64,000 bases of DNA from Eledone cirrhosa. Its lineage: Eukaryota. Position numbers and translations under genes: made by a program. The stretch spans positions 262,446,001 through 262,510,000 of the forward strand of contig OZ024740.1 in the NCBI GenBank assembly GCA_964016885.1, read 5' to 3'. A model generated the notes under the pieces. The model was not told where the DNA came from. It made no database searches and saw nothing but the letters and a program-made list of their open reading frames with translations. Shown here one piece after another: positions 27,614-39,035 of the stretch (position 1 is its first letter; each line of letters begins with the position of its first letter).

Positions 27614-28354
27614 TAATATATATATATTAATAAGTATATATATATCAATAATTATATATCTATTAATATATTATATATATTTTGTATCCTATTATGCTTT
27701 ATTTTATATATTCTATATATATATTGTATTCTATTTTTTATTGGTGATAATATTTTTGTTTTAATTTTTCTGATTTTATTATTTTCTATTTTTATTTTCC
27801 ATTTTTCTCTTTTTAATATTGTTTTTCTATTATTTGTTCACATGTTTCTCTCTCTTCCTCACTAATTTCTTCTATTTTGAAATCTTGGTATCCAGCAACG
27901 TGTTATGAGACTAAGAAACATAGCAACATTAGCTGAACATTGAAATCTTAAATAATATCACAATGATATTAGCTCAGATCACGGAAAATATAATAATAAA
28001 GATATATTTTCTTTCACCGTGGATTGTATTATAAAGATTTTGTAACTTTTATTTTTATTTTCATTTTGTTTACCGTATCTTCTCTCTGTTGATATATCAT
28101 ATAATCAGCTTGGTTAATTACTGTATATGTAATATTATTGTTGTGTAATCAGAGAGTAAAAGGTCGTGTCCTTGAACTTATTCAGGTGTAGTGAAAATGG
28201 TGAGAGGGAGGAAGGCAATATTAAATGGACACCTGATATGAGATTTTGCAACAGAGTTGATGTCGCTAAAAACGCCCATTAGAGAAGTGTGGGTTTTAAA
28301 TCAAGCAACAAATTACATCCTCCAACGACACAGTGGGGTGAAGAAGCGGGACCA

Positions 28355-28470
28355 ATAATTGTTTCTACTTTTGGCACAAGGCCAGCAATTACCCAGTACA
28401 TTACTGGTACTTTATTTTATCGACCCTGTAAGGATGAAAGGCAAAGTTAACCTCGGCGGGATTTGAACTC
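28355..28470 (-). mobile_element. SINE family A, 5' truncated, with imperfect target duplication
   Basis: Flanks AGCGGGACCAATAAT and AGCGGGACAAACAAT. The empty site is visible in the opposite arm at 29522-29536. Confidence 0.88.
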
Positions 28471-28624
28471 AGCGGGACAAACAATATCATACATCTTGTC
28501 AGATGACGTCACAACTCCCCCAATCATCAGCATCGAATGGAAATGCATCGCTAATTCTGCATGTACACTTAAATTGATTTAATTTACTTAAATTCTTTGT
28601 TATGGTATTTTTCATATTAGGGGG

Positions 28625-28656
<32 letters not shown>

Positions 28657-28660
28657 TATA

Positions 28661-28720
<60 letters not shown>

Positions 28721-28794
28721 ACAAATGAATTGTGGTAAGGAACCAGATAGACCATAACGCACCAGAGTACTCACCAGAGTACTTCCTATATATA

Positions 28795-28879
28795 TAATAG
28801 TTTTATTATCATATACCTGTATGTAAACTCCCCATTTGTATTTGTCACCTTCTTTTGTGCCCTTGTGGCTAATAAAGAC

Positions 28880-28882
<3 letters not shown>
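28795..28882 (+). mobile_element. Short 3'-end fragment of a Tx1-family element
   Basis: TGTAAACTCCC..TTTGTA.TTGTC..CCCTTGTGGCTAATAAAGA matches 21843-21900 and 27237-27305. Confidence 0.75.
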
Positions 28883-28921
<39 letters not shown>

Positions 28922-28942
28922 AAAATCAGATAGTGAAATAGT

Positions 28943-29091
28943 TAAATTAGCCTAATAAAAAGCCACACAATGGAAAAAAGGGATGAGCATTGACTTACAT
29001 GGGACACAAACCCACATCTTTGGCTCGTATGGGTGCGTGTCCCTTGTTCGTCAACGCTCATCCCTTTTTTCCATTCTATTAGGCTAATTTA
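28943..29091. repeat. Imperfect ~150-nt hairpin between (TA)n tracts
   Basis: Nested pairs TAAATTAGCCTAATA/TATTAGGCTAATTTA, ATGGAAAAAAGGGATGAGC/GCTCATCCCTTTTTTCCAT and GGGACAC/GTGTCCC. Confidence 0.85.
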
Positions 29092-29177
29092 CTTAGTCAA
29101 AAAATCACGGTGGAAGAACTAAGTCATTATCTAATTTTCAAATTCTCCGCAGTTAATAAAAAAAGTTAAGCTTTGTA

Positions 29178-29277
<100 letters not shown>

Positions 29278-30405
29278 GCGAGTTTGTGCTAACGAAGAAC
29301 TCCATGCAGACATCGAATGAACTTGTAGGTTTTGATCCACATACATATGAACACACATGTTCGCACATATATACAAATATGCATTAGATTAACCAAATTA
29401 TATATTGAATTATTTCTTTACAGTCGAGTCAACGTAATCTTTTTCGAGTTCAAAGGAACAATTACCTTTCAGAATGCTGAGGACTGGGGCAGTTGTGAGC
29501 TCATCTGACAAGATGTATGATATTATTTGTCCCGCTTCTTCACCCCACTGTGTCATTGGAGGATGTAATTTGTTGCTCGATTTAAAACCCACACTTCTCT
29601 AATGGGCGTTTTTAGCGACATCAACTCTGTTGCAAAATCTCATATCAGGTGTCCATTTAATATTGCCTTCCTCCCTCTCACCATTTTCACTACACCTGAA
29701 TAAGTTCAAGGACACGACCTTTTACTCTCTGATTACACAACAATAATATTACATATACAGTAATTAACCAAGCTGATTATATGATATATCAACAGAGAGA
29801 AGATACGGTAAACAAAATGAAAATAAAAAATAAAAGTTACAAAATCGTTATAATACAATCCACGGTGAAAGAAAATATATCTTTATCATTATATTTTCCG
29901 TGATCTGAGCTAATATCATTGTGATATTATTTAAGATTTCAATGTTCAGCTAATGTTGCTATGTTTCTTAGTCTCATAACACGTAGCTGGATACCAAGAT
30001 TTCAAAATAGAAGAAATTAGTGAGGAAGAGAGAGAAACATGTGAACAAATAATAGAAAAACAATATTAAAAAGAGAAAAATGGAAAATAAAAATAGAAAA
30101 TAATAAAATCAGAAAAATTAAAACAAAAATATTATCACCAATAAGAAATAGAATACAATATATATATAGAATATATAAAATAAAGCATAATACGAAAAAT
30201 ATTAGATAAATATATAAATAAAGCTAAATAATGTATAGAAGAGAAAAAAGTTGCCAAAAAAATAAAAAAGCGAGATTATGCATCCTCACTCAACAAATAA
30301 AACAAGGGACAAAGAAGCAAAATACAATGTATTGGGCATTCCTCTTATTACGCCCATCCATCCAAATGTTACCTCGAAGGTAGAAAAAGGGATGATAAAA
30401 AATGT

Positions 30406-30448
<43 letters not shown>

Positions 30449-31313
30449 ATATATATATATATATATATATACATGTGTATATATATATGTATATATATAT
30501 ATACACACTAATATATGTATATATATACATATATTATATATATATATATATAAACTTACAAACATATAAGCATGTGTGCATGTATATGCACATACATACA
30601 TACATAGTTCATTCGCTTTTCAGTAGAGTCGGTATTACTTCCTGAAGGCGTCAGTACGCATTCTTAACATGGAAAGGAAAACTTGCGAGAGTCAAGGCGC
30701 CGAATGTGTTACTGCAACGTCTTGCCGTGGGATAACTCTGCCGAACGATATTGTTTTCTGTTGTTACTGAACTACTGACAGCTGCCCCGCGGATATCTAC
30801 GGTACATATTTTCGTTTCGTTTCGTTTCTCTACGCTTCCAATTTCGGGACTGCTAGACTAATCCAATCAAGTCGCTAAAACATAAAGAAACAATAACAGA
30901 CCGTAAGCGTAAAACGAATTCTCAAGGTTCTGCAGCCAGCCTAAAGATAGGATTATGGTGTCTTAGATTTTACACACGCCACCGCCGCCGAGGAAAGGCT
31001 TTTAATTAAGAAATTCGAGCATTTTTGCCTTAAACAACTTCAAGTACGACCAATTCTTCTTCTCCTTCTTCGTTTCTCTTCTTTTCTCTTCCTTTCTTTC
31101 TTTTTTCTTTCTTTCTACATTTCTTTTTTCTTCCTTTATTTCTTTCTTACTTTTTTCTTCCCAATATAGTAGTCGTTGATTTTGTTGTCCCCTTCCTCAT
31201 CCTCCTCTTTCTTTCCAGCTCCTCTTCCTCCTTCTCATCATCAGCATACTTCTTCCTCTTCTCATTAACTCATATATGTGTTTTTCATTTACACTACAAG
31301 AAGAACAACAAAA

Positions 31314-31317
<4 letters not shown>

Positions 31318-31368
<51 letters not shown>

Positions 31369-31369
31369 T

Positions 31370-31413
<44 letters not shown>

Positions 31414-31441
31414 ATAATAATAATAATAATACTACTACTAC
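31318..31441. repeat. (ACT)n/(AAT)n microsatellite
   Basis: Seen directly in the sequence. Confidence 0.98.
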
Positions 31442-32179
31442 GTGTATGTATACAAGAGTATATTGACAAAGGTCATTACAAACCAACGCGCCCACTTGGC
31501 CTACTGGAGTAGACCTTTCCAATCACATCACATTGGCCACACACTAAAACTGAATCTCACGACACATTAAGTTTTCTTAACGAAATTAATGAAATTAATA
31601 TTGGTTGACTTACGAGCATTGGGAAATTTGAAATTTGAAAATATAGTCGCCATAATGCTAATAACTTTAATATTAGTTGATATTTATATAAAATATATCG
31701 GTTAATGTAACTCTGGAGGCGGACAAATGTGGGCAAAGATACGCCTGTCTTTCAATTAGTTGAACAATAGAAGAACCTGATAGTAAAATTAACATGCAGA
31801 TAGTTGAACATTCCACAGACATGTGCAGGCTTATTGCAATTCTTCGGGATATCCAGTTTGAGCCCTTGTAGGACAAAACTGTCCCTTTGAATAACAAGTA
31901 CCACTCATATTTGTTTTCAGTAATGTGAATACAGGATCTTACGCCAGTACAGAAGGAATCCGCCGGGAATCGAATTCACGACTATACTATTATGAGCCAA
32001 ACACCCTAACCACATTACTAAGCCAAGTGCTTTCACAAAGAAATTATTAAATAAACAAATGAATATTGTATGACATGCCACCAGACACCTGGCTAATTAT
32101 ATCTCAGATATTTCATAGGAAAATATCCCTTAAATATGATCAGGTTTGACTTCATGACACATGGAGATATTATTATTGA

Positions 32180-32377
32180 CAGGTGGATTGGCAGTATCGG
32201 TGGAGAGTGTGACGACATGTTTTGCAGCTTGGAGTTACGGCCATTTATGGTCTGAGTTCATATCCCACCAAAGTTACCCTTGCCTTTTATCCTTACGGGG
32301 TCGATAAAATAAAGTACCAGTAATGCACTGATAAAATTGCTGGCCTTGTGCCAAAAAGTAGAAACAATTATTATTAC
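32180..32377 (+). mobile_element. SINE family A
   Basis: Full-length match to 5258-5445. Confidence 0.9.
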
Positions 32378-32488
32378 TGAGAGGAAAGTTTCACGAGACA
32401 CAAATAGTAAACCTCTCTATACTAGAGAAAGCAGTGGCACTACATATCACGTCGCATTGTAGTAAATATATAATTATATATATATATA

Positions 32489-32900
32489 TGTAGATAAATC
32501 TACCAAGAGTTTACGGTAGTGTCCAATCCGTATGAAGAACTCAACGTAATCCGGATATCATGAAAAGAGAAGATGCATTGAAAAACTACTTTCGGTGAAA
32601 AATAAACGGAATACAGAGTCAAGATAAATTATTAAAAAAATAATGAATAAACAAAGAAACAGTTCCTTATATTAAACAAAAAAAGTTCATTATTTTACGA
32701 TCGTTTCTAGGATATATATGTGTTAGAATTGGTATGCATATTCTATAGACCTATGTAATATATATTGTACATAGATCTATAGAATATGCATAACAATTCT
32801 AACACATATATGTCCTAGAAACGATCGTAAAATAATGAACTTTTTTTGTTTAATATAAGGAACTGTTTCTTTGTTTATTCATTATTTTTTAATAATTTAT
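32489..32900 (-). mobile_element. Fold-back cassette, second copy of the 13838 family
   Basis: Same tail (GTAGATAAATCTACC...CAGAGTCAAG). Arms ~32622-32757 and ~32768-32900. The fold point is earlier, so the CTGAAGA half of the core is missing and GAAACGATCGTA is kept. Confidence 0.85.
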
Positions 32901-32939
32901 ATATATATATATATATATATATACACAAACACATGTACA

Positions 32940-32980
<41 letters not shown>

Positions 32981-33013
32981 ACACTCACACACACACGCAC
33001 TCACTCACTCACT

Positions 33014-33073
<60 letters not shown>

Positions 33074-33317
33074 CCACACTCACACCCACACACCCACACG
33101 CACACACACACACACACACATACATATACCCACACTCGCACACACACGCACTCACTCACTCACACCCACACACACGCACTCACTCACTCACACACACACA
33201 CACACGCACTCACTCACTGACACACACACACACACATATATATATATATGTGTGTGTGTGTGTGTTTTGAACAATGAATATAAAACAAAAGATAAAGATG
33301 CGTTCTAAATTAATTCA

Positions 33318-33460
33318 TTGTTTTACGATCGTTTCAGAGGGATGATTGATCGTGATAAGTCATGATAAGTCATTATATTGACTAATAGAGAGAGGTTATG
33401 CCACCACCTATTTTTAGTTTCGATATTCTAGATCCATCTTACCGTCTTCCTCAGAAACAA
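33318..33460 (-). ncRNA. Type I hammerhead with 112-nt helix II insert
   Basis: Minus strand: ttgttt-CTGAGGA-[aga...tct]-GAAACGATCGTA-aaacaa. Perfect 6-bp stem I, palindromic helix III and GUA cleavage triplet. Confidence 0.75.
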
Positions 33461-33652
33461 TCAAATAACTAATAGAAATATAAAGTTAATATAAAGATTT
33501 ATGTGCTCATACGTGGGGATGCCGTAAACTAGCTTATAAAATAGGGTATATCTGGTAGATATGAAGTTCAATTCCATATATCGACATTTCTCTTCTGTTA
33601 TAAGCTATTTCATAGCATCTCTGCGCATGAGCACATTATTCTTTACATTAAG

Positions 33653-33722
<70 letters not shown>

Positions 33723-33735
33723 TATATATATATAT

Positions 33736-33819
33736 AAGGAAGGTTTCTGTTTCTGTGGAAAGACGTCATGACCCGCTATGAAACTATTATTGTATGCGAT
33801 CAACAACAAAAAAAAAAGG

Positions 33820-33899
<80 letters not shown>

Positions 33900-33979
33900 C
33901 CGGTTTTTGTTTTTTTGTTGATCGCATACAATAATAGTTTCATAGCGGGTCGTGACGCCTTTCCACAGAAACCTTCCTT
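33736..33979. repeat. Inverted repeat (~85-bp arms) converging on a central (TA)n, with degenerate HHR-like core
   Basis: CTGTGGA-aagacgtcatgacccgctat-GAAACTAT on the left arm and its reverse complement on the right arm. Confidence 0.85.
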
Positions 33980-34459
33980 TCTCTATACTATTTAGACATT
34001 TTACTCTATGATAAATAACAAATAGGACAAAAGAAAACCCAAAAAACAAACTGAACGAATAAAAAAAGACAGAAATTAATGCAGAAAAACGAAACTAGGT
34101 ATGAAATGTTCATTGCCAATTAAAATTCAGGAAATTTTAAAAGGAACAATACATTGCACTCTTAAACATAATAAAGCTTTTTAGCTTTTCAGACGTTTAC
34201 TGTCTAATCCCTTAGGTGATTTACCAAGTTCTTCTACAATCGTTCTTTTCATTGTGATGTTGGCTGAATCGATGAAGCAGACCCCAAATGAATGTTGTTT
34301 TCTTAATAAAACGGCTGTCGGTGCAAAGGGCTTTTAAACACAGATAAAGAGAAGTGGGTGGGATGAGGATAAAGAGAGAGAGGGGACGGAGAGAGAGAGG
34401 GAGTGAGTGAGCAGAGAGAGGGAAGAAGAGAGAAAGAGAGAGAAGACATATATATATGT

Positions 34460-34546
<87 letters not shown>

Positions 34547-36124
34547 TATTCACAGAAGGAGAGAGGGAGAGGGAGAGAGAGAGAAGGTGGGTGATAATCG
34601 GGAAGTGGGGTGAGAGAAATAGAGAATACAGGCGTTTAACATGAGATAGAAATAAAATACATTTAACCCTGCGTTTGACACACTAACACCTCACACTCCC
34701 TTCCCTAATTTGTCGTTATCCAAGGGTCAAATACCTTTCGTAGCTATTATACATAACTGACTATTTTTTCTGTCGTGTGCGTGCTTGTGTTTCTGTGTGT
34801 GTATGTGCGTGTGTTGGTGTTGGATCTCTGTATGGTTCCTAGACATGGTTCATAGACAAACGTCATAAACAAAAACAAGGGCACACTTGCGTGTGCATAC
34901 ACACTCTCACCCCCCCCCACACACACACACACTCACACATATATATATATATAATAACGTATGAATACAATCTTAAAGGGGTAAATTTTCTAGACGTAAC
35001 TCTTAAAAATGAGAACCTTACCTATATTAATTTTAACTCGAATCACCCACTTTCCATGATCAAATCGGTTCCCCGTAGTATTTCTCTCAGAATCTCTCGT
35101 CTATCGTCTAACTCTGAGATTCTCAGTGAACATGCTGAATACTATAATAACGCATTAAGTAATGCAGACCACCGGGATAAAATATAATACATTGATAAGA
35201 ATCTCCATAACACACATACCTACACACGAAATCAAAGAATATGTAACTGGAGTACAGAAAAACAAGCGCACACACGCAGTACCACCAGACATACTAATAA
35301 TAGAAAATCATCACCAAACTCAAATAAATTACGTTGTAGAAAGTATATCTGGTATAATCCCATTTTTAATGCTTCGATTAGTACAAAACTATCTCTTTCA
35401 TTCTTTAAGTTAATTAACAAGCATTTCCCCAGTTCCCATAAATACAGTAAGATTCTAAACTCTAAGACTATTAAGCTATCATACTCCACTGCACCAAACC
35501 TTGAAGTATACATAACAAAAACTTAAAGCAATTATTAAACAACACTACAAAACAAAATATTTTAGTAACAGATGAGCATAACGTAGTATCGGCCTCCCAA
35601 CCACCAAATGGGAGACGGGTATTACACAACCCACCTGAACTATTATCCCAACCTATCCATGGTATACCTGCTACCCACACCAAACACTGCAACTGCCACC
35701 TACCCGAAAGATGCCCATTGAAGAATAAATGCCTAGTGTCCAACATTGTTTATCAATGAACTGTCGAATCGAACGACCAGAAATGGTATTACATCGGCTC
35801 TACTACTAACTCCTTTAAATCTCGCTGGTATCGTCATCGATTTTCGATTAAACATCCTAAACACGGTCTTGTGACTACGCTCGCAACTCCGAGAATGCAA
35901 CAGACAGTTCACCTTCAAATGGGATAAACTATCCAGCGCTAGTGCATATCGGAGTGGATTGAAGTACTGCAGATTATGCAACCTTGAACTCTTTTATATC
36001 TTAAAATCCCAAAACAGATTACTAAATGACAGAATCGAACGATCGTTATACTGCAACCACAAACTGAAGGCTAAATTCTCTCACTATAAAATAACTTAAC
36101 ATTCGAACCCGAGACTACAACATC

Positions 36125-37296
36125 TCAGACTCAGACTAAGAAGCTCCCGCGTCTTGCGACGCATGAGGCAATCATAGTGTTCCACCGCGTTCGGTCAGCA
36201 GCCAGTTGCACAGCGTTACGCCATTGTCTGTTTGTCGCTCGCAGGCCTCTCTCAACTGTCTGGCGCCAGTTCATTTTGGGTCGCCCTCTCCGTCTGCTTC
36301 CCTGTGGGTTCCATTTAAGTACTTGGTTCGCCAGTCTCTCTGGGGGAAGTCTCAAAGCGTGCCCAAACCAGCCCAGGCCACGCTTGCAGATGGCAGAAGA
36401 GACTAGCTGCTGGCTGGTGCGGTTCCTGACTTCCTGGTTTGTTACATGGTCACTCCATTTAATTCTTAGGATCTTTCGCAAACACCTGGAATCGAATGCG
36501 TCCAACTTCTTCTGTTGGCTGGTCTTAAGGTGCCAGGTTTCACTTCCGTACAAGAGTGTGGACAGCACGTTGCTGTTGTAAAATCTCATCTTTGTTTTGA
36601 GGGTGAATTTCCTGCTCTTCCAGATCTTGACAAGCTCGTTAAATGCTGCTGAAGCCTTTCCCATTCTACATTGCAATTCACTGTCCATGGCGCCCCCATT
36701 GTCAATGGAGCTTCCTAGGTAGGTGAAGTTGTCCACTATCTCCACCTCTCCCTGTTCAATGAAAACACTAGTTGGTGATGGGTGTGTCCCAGATAACATG
36801 CTTTTGGTCTTCTTAGCACTGATATTGAGACTTAAGCTTCCTGCTTCGACATTGATATTGTTCATAAAGATTTGCAGGTCAGCTGTGCTCTCTGCAAGTG
36901 CAACAATATCGTCCGCAAAGTCCAGGTCAGACAACTTTTGCTCTCCCACCCAAGATATACCCTGGTCTTTAGACGCTCTTCTTAGTACCCAGTCAATGGC
37001 TATGGCAAAGAGAATTGGAGAGAGCGAGCAACCCTGACGCACACCAGTAACCACCTCAAACCAGTCACTGTAACCATCCTCTGTCCGTATGCAGCACTTG
37101 GAGTTTGCATAAATCTGTTTGATAGCCGAAATGACTTTCTGGGGCAGACCATACTCATGCATGATGGTCCAGAGAGACGGTCGATGAATGCTATCGAATG
37201 CTTTGGAGAAATCGATGAAGCTGACGGCGAGGGGCCTCAGGAATTCGTTGTACCTCTCAATGATGCGGCGTAACGTAAAGATCTGCTCTGCACAGA
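36125..37296 (-). mobile_element. 5'-truncated RTE-clade LINE with 11-bp TSD
   Basis: TSD ACTACAACATC at 36114-36124 and 37297-37307. 3' tail (GTCTGA)2. Confidence 0.95.
36131..37294 (-). CDS. RTE reverse transcriptase, C-terminal part (open to the truncation point)
   Basis: FIDFSKAFDSI, GVRQGCSLSP, LDFADD, FTYLGS, LLYGSETW, WFGHALR and RRRGRPK.W. Confidence 0.93.
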   Translation of the reverse strand, partial: CAEQIFTLRRIIERYNEFLRPLAVSFIDFSKAFDSIHRPSLWTIMHEYGLPQKVISAIKQIYANSKCCIRTEDGYSDWFEVVTGVRQGCSLSPILFAIAIDWVLRRASKDQGISWVGEQKLSDLDFADDIVALAESTADLQIFMNNINVEAGSLSLNISAKKTKSMLSGTHPSPTSVFIEQGEVEIVDNFTYLGSSIDNGGAMDSELQCRMGKASAAFNELVKIWKSRKFTLKTKMRFYNSNVLSTLLYGSETWHLKTSQQKKLDAFDSRCLRKILRIKWSDHVTNQEVRNRTSQQLVSSAICKRGLGWFGHALRLPPERLANQVLKWNPQGSRRRGRPKMNWRQTVERGLRATNRQWRNAVQLAADRTRWNTMIASCVARRGSFLV

Positions 37297-37705
37297 ACTA
37301 CAACATCACATTCTCGTTAACTAATTTCTCTCAATAACTACTTCCTAGCTATATTCCCCACCCCACACTACAAGACAATACCCTGCTTATCAATATAAAT
37401 GGATACTTGAGTGCGATTTGTAGACTACAACTATGAACTCGATGTATCCTCATCTCGTAGCTTTCGTCTGTCTCCTCCCTATCTCTCTTTCTTTCTCTCT
37501 CTCCCGTCCTCTCCCCCTCTCTCTCTCTCTCGCCCTCGGTCTAACTCCCTCCCTCTCCACATCTATGAACCTGCTCTCTGTGGCAATAAATAATTCCAAA
37601 CTTGACTATATCAACACAATACCTAAGGTTGTCACTTTGAGAGTAAACAGTATCATAAAACCCCGTACCACAACATTTTGATTAAGCTATCTGTATTCTT
37701 CACAA

Positions 37706-37707
<2 letters not shown>

Positions 37708-37782
<75 letters not shown>
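37708..37782. repeat. (TC)n microsatellite
   Basis: Seen directly in the sequence. Confidence 0.98.
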
Positions 37783-37785
<3 letters not shown>

Positions 37786-37871
37786 TCCCCTTCTTCTCTC
37801 TTCCTTTTCTACTCTATCTTCCCCAATAACTTCCTTTAAGAAATACCAGGGTATTTACATTTTAAACATTT

Positions 37872-37984
37872 TACTCTGAGGAAACGGTAGAAGCAGCATT
37901 TGAAAATTGAGTTTCCGCAAATAATTACCAATTTGCACATAGCATGACTAGGCTGTATAACTACTGTTGAAACATTTGTAAGTA
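37872..37984 (+). ncRNA. Type I hammerhead with 86-nt helix II insert
   Basis: tact-CTGAGGA-[aacggtag...ctactgtt]-GAAACATTTGTA-agta. 8-bp helix II base, helix III ACA/TGT and GUA site. Lies in the PLE trailer. Confidence 0.8.
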
Positions 37985-38170
37985 CTCGGAATAAATTACC
38001 TTTTTATGATGTCTACCTGTTATTATTAATTCTTTATCTACACTCCGGAATACAGAAGGATCAGAAACTGAGTTTCTTCAACTATTCTTCCATAACACGT
38101 TGAGTAACCCCTCACCGTACGTCAACTAGTGTAGTAATTAACCATTACTGCATTCAGGATAATCTTATGC

Positions 38171-38219
<49 letters not shown>

Positions 38220-38222
38220 TAT

Positions 38223-38754
38223 ATATAGAGAGATTACAATAATCAAAGTTCAGTTTAAATCATTTATTTGCTTACAATTGTTTCCTCCAAACCGAGGTTT
38301 GGATTCTTCGGAGCAACTATTTGGTGATCTATAACATACTTGACCTCCTTTTCAACACAAGAGACATATAAAAACATATGCACATATTGATCCACAGTGG
38401 GATGACATCCATCAAAATGATATAGCATGGCAATTTACATACGTTTTTATATGTCTCTTGTGTTGAAAAGGAGGTCAAGTATGTTATAGATCACTAAATA
38501 GTTGCTCCGAAGAAACCAAACCTCGGTTTGGAGGAAACAATTGTAAGCAAATAAATGATTTAAACTGAACTTTGATTATTGTAATCTCTATATAACTGCT
38601 CTGTAAAACAACCGATGTTATTACATTGAGCTATTTATCTTACTGGTAATAAGATAGTAATTAATGGCTATCTTTCACTATTTAGGGTTTGTATAAAAAA
38701 ATATATAACCATAAAAGGTATTATTACATACATAACCATAAATAGTATCCTTAA

Positions 38755-38758
<4 letters not shown>
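38223..38758 (+). mobile_element. Fold-back cassette: ~157-bp-arm palindrome plus ~165-bp tail, between (TA)n
   Basis: Arms 38223-38380 and 38438-38594. Each arm contains the HHR. Confidence 0.88.
38502..38550 (+). ncRNA. Type I hammerhead with core variant CCGAAGA (mirror copy 38268-38316, minus)
   Basis: ttgct-CCGAAGA-aa(ccaaacc tc ggtttgg)ag-GAAACAATTGTA-agcaa. Palindromic helix III ACAATTGT. Confidence 0.8.
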
Positions 38759-38815
<57 letters not shown>

Positions 38816-39035
38816 CCGTTAAGGATGAAAGCAGCGATTCTTTGCTTAAATTTAATCTGTTATTTTAATAAATATTTGCTCTAGAGTTCTTATGTATTTG
38901 GAAAAAATGAAATTTCATTTCTCACTCTTAGTACGGCTGATACTTAAATATAATATTTGATATATATTTATCCTTATCGAGCCCTCTTTGGATTTTAGTC
39001 TTCACATTTATTATTTTTACTATATATATATATAT

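Larger units (their letters stand above)
34955..38172 (+). mobile_element. 5'-truncated PLE (RT thumb and GIY-YIG to 36099, trailer with HHR), interrupted by RTE
   Basis: VNFLDVTL, YINFNSNHP, IWYNPIF, CNCHLPERCPLKNKCLVSNIVYQ and WYYIGSTT. Bounded by (TA)n on both sides. Confidence 0.85.
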
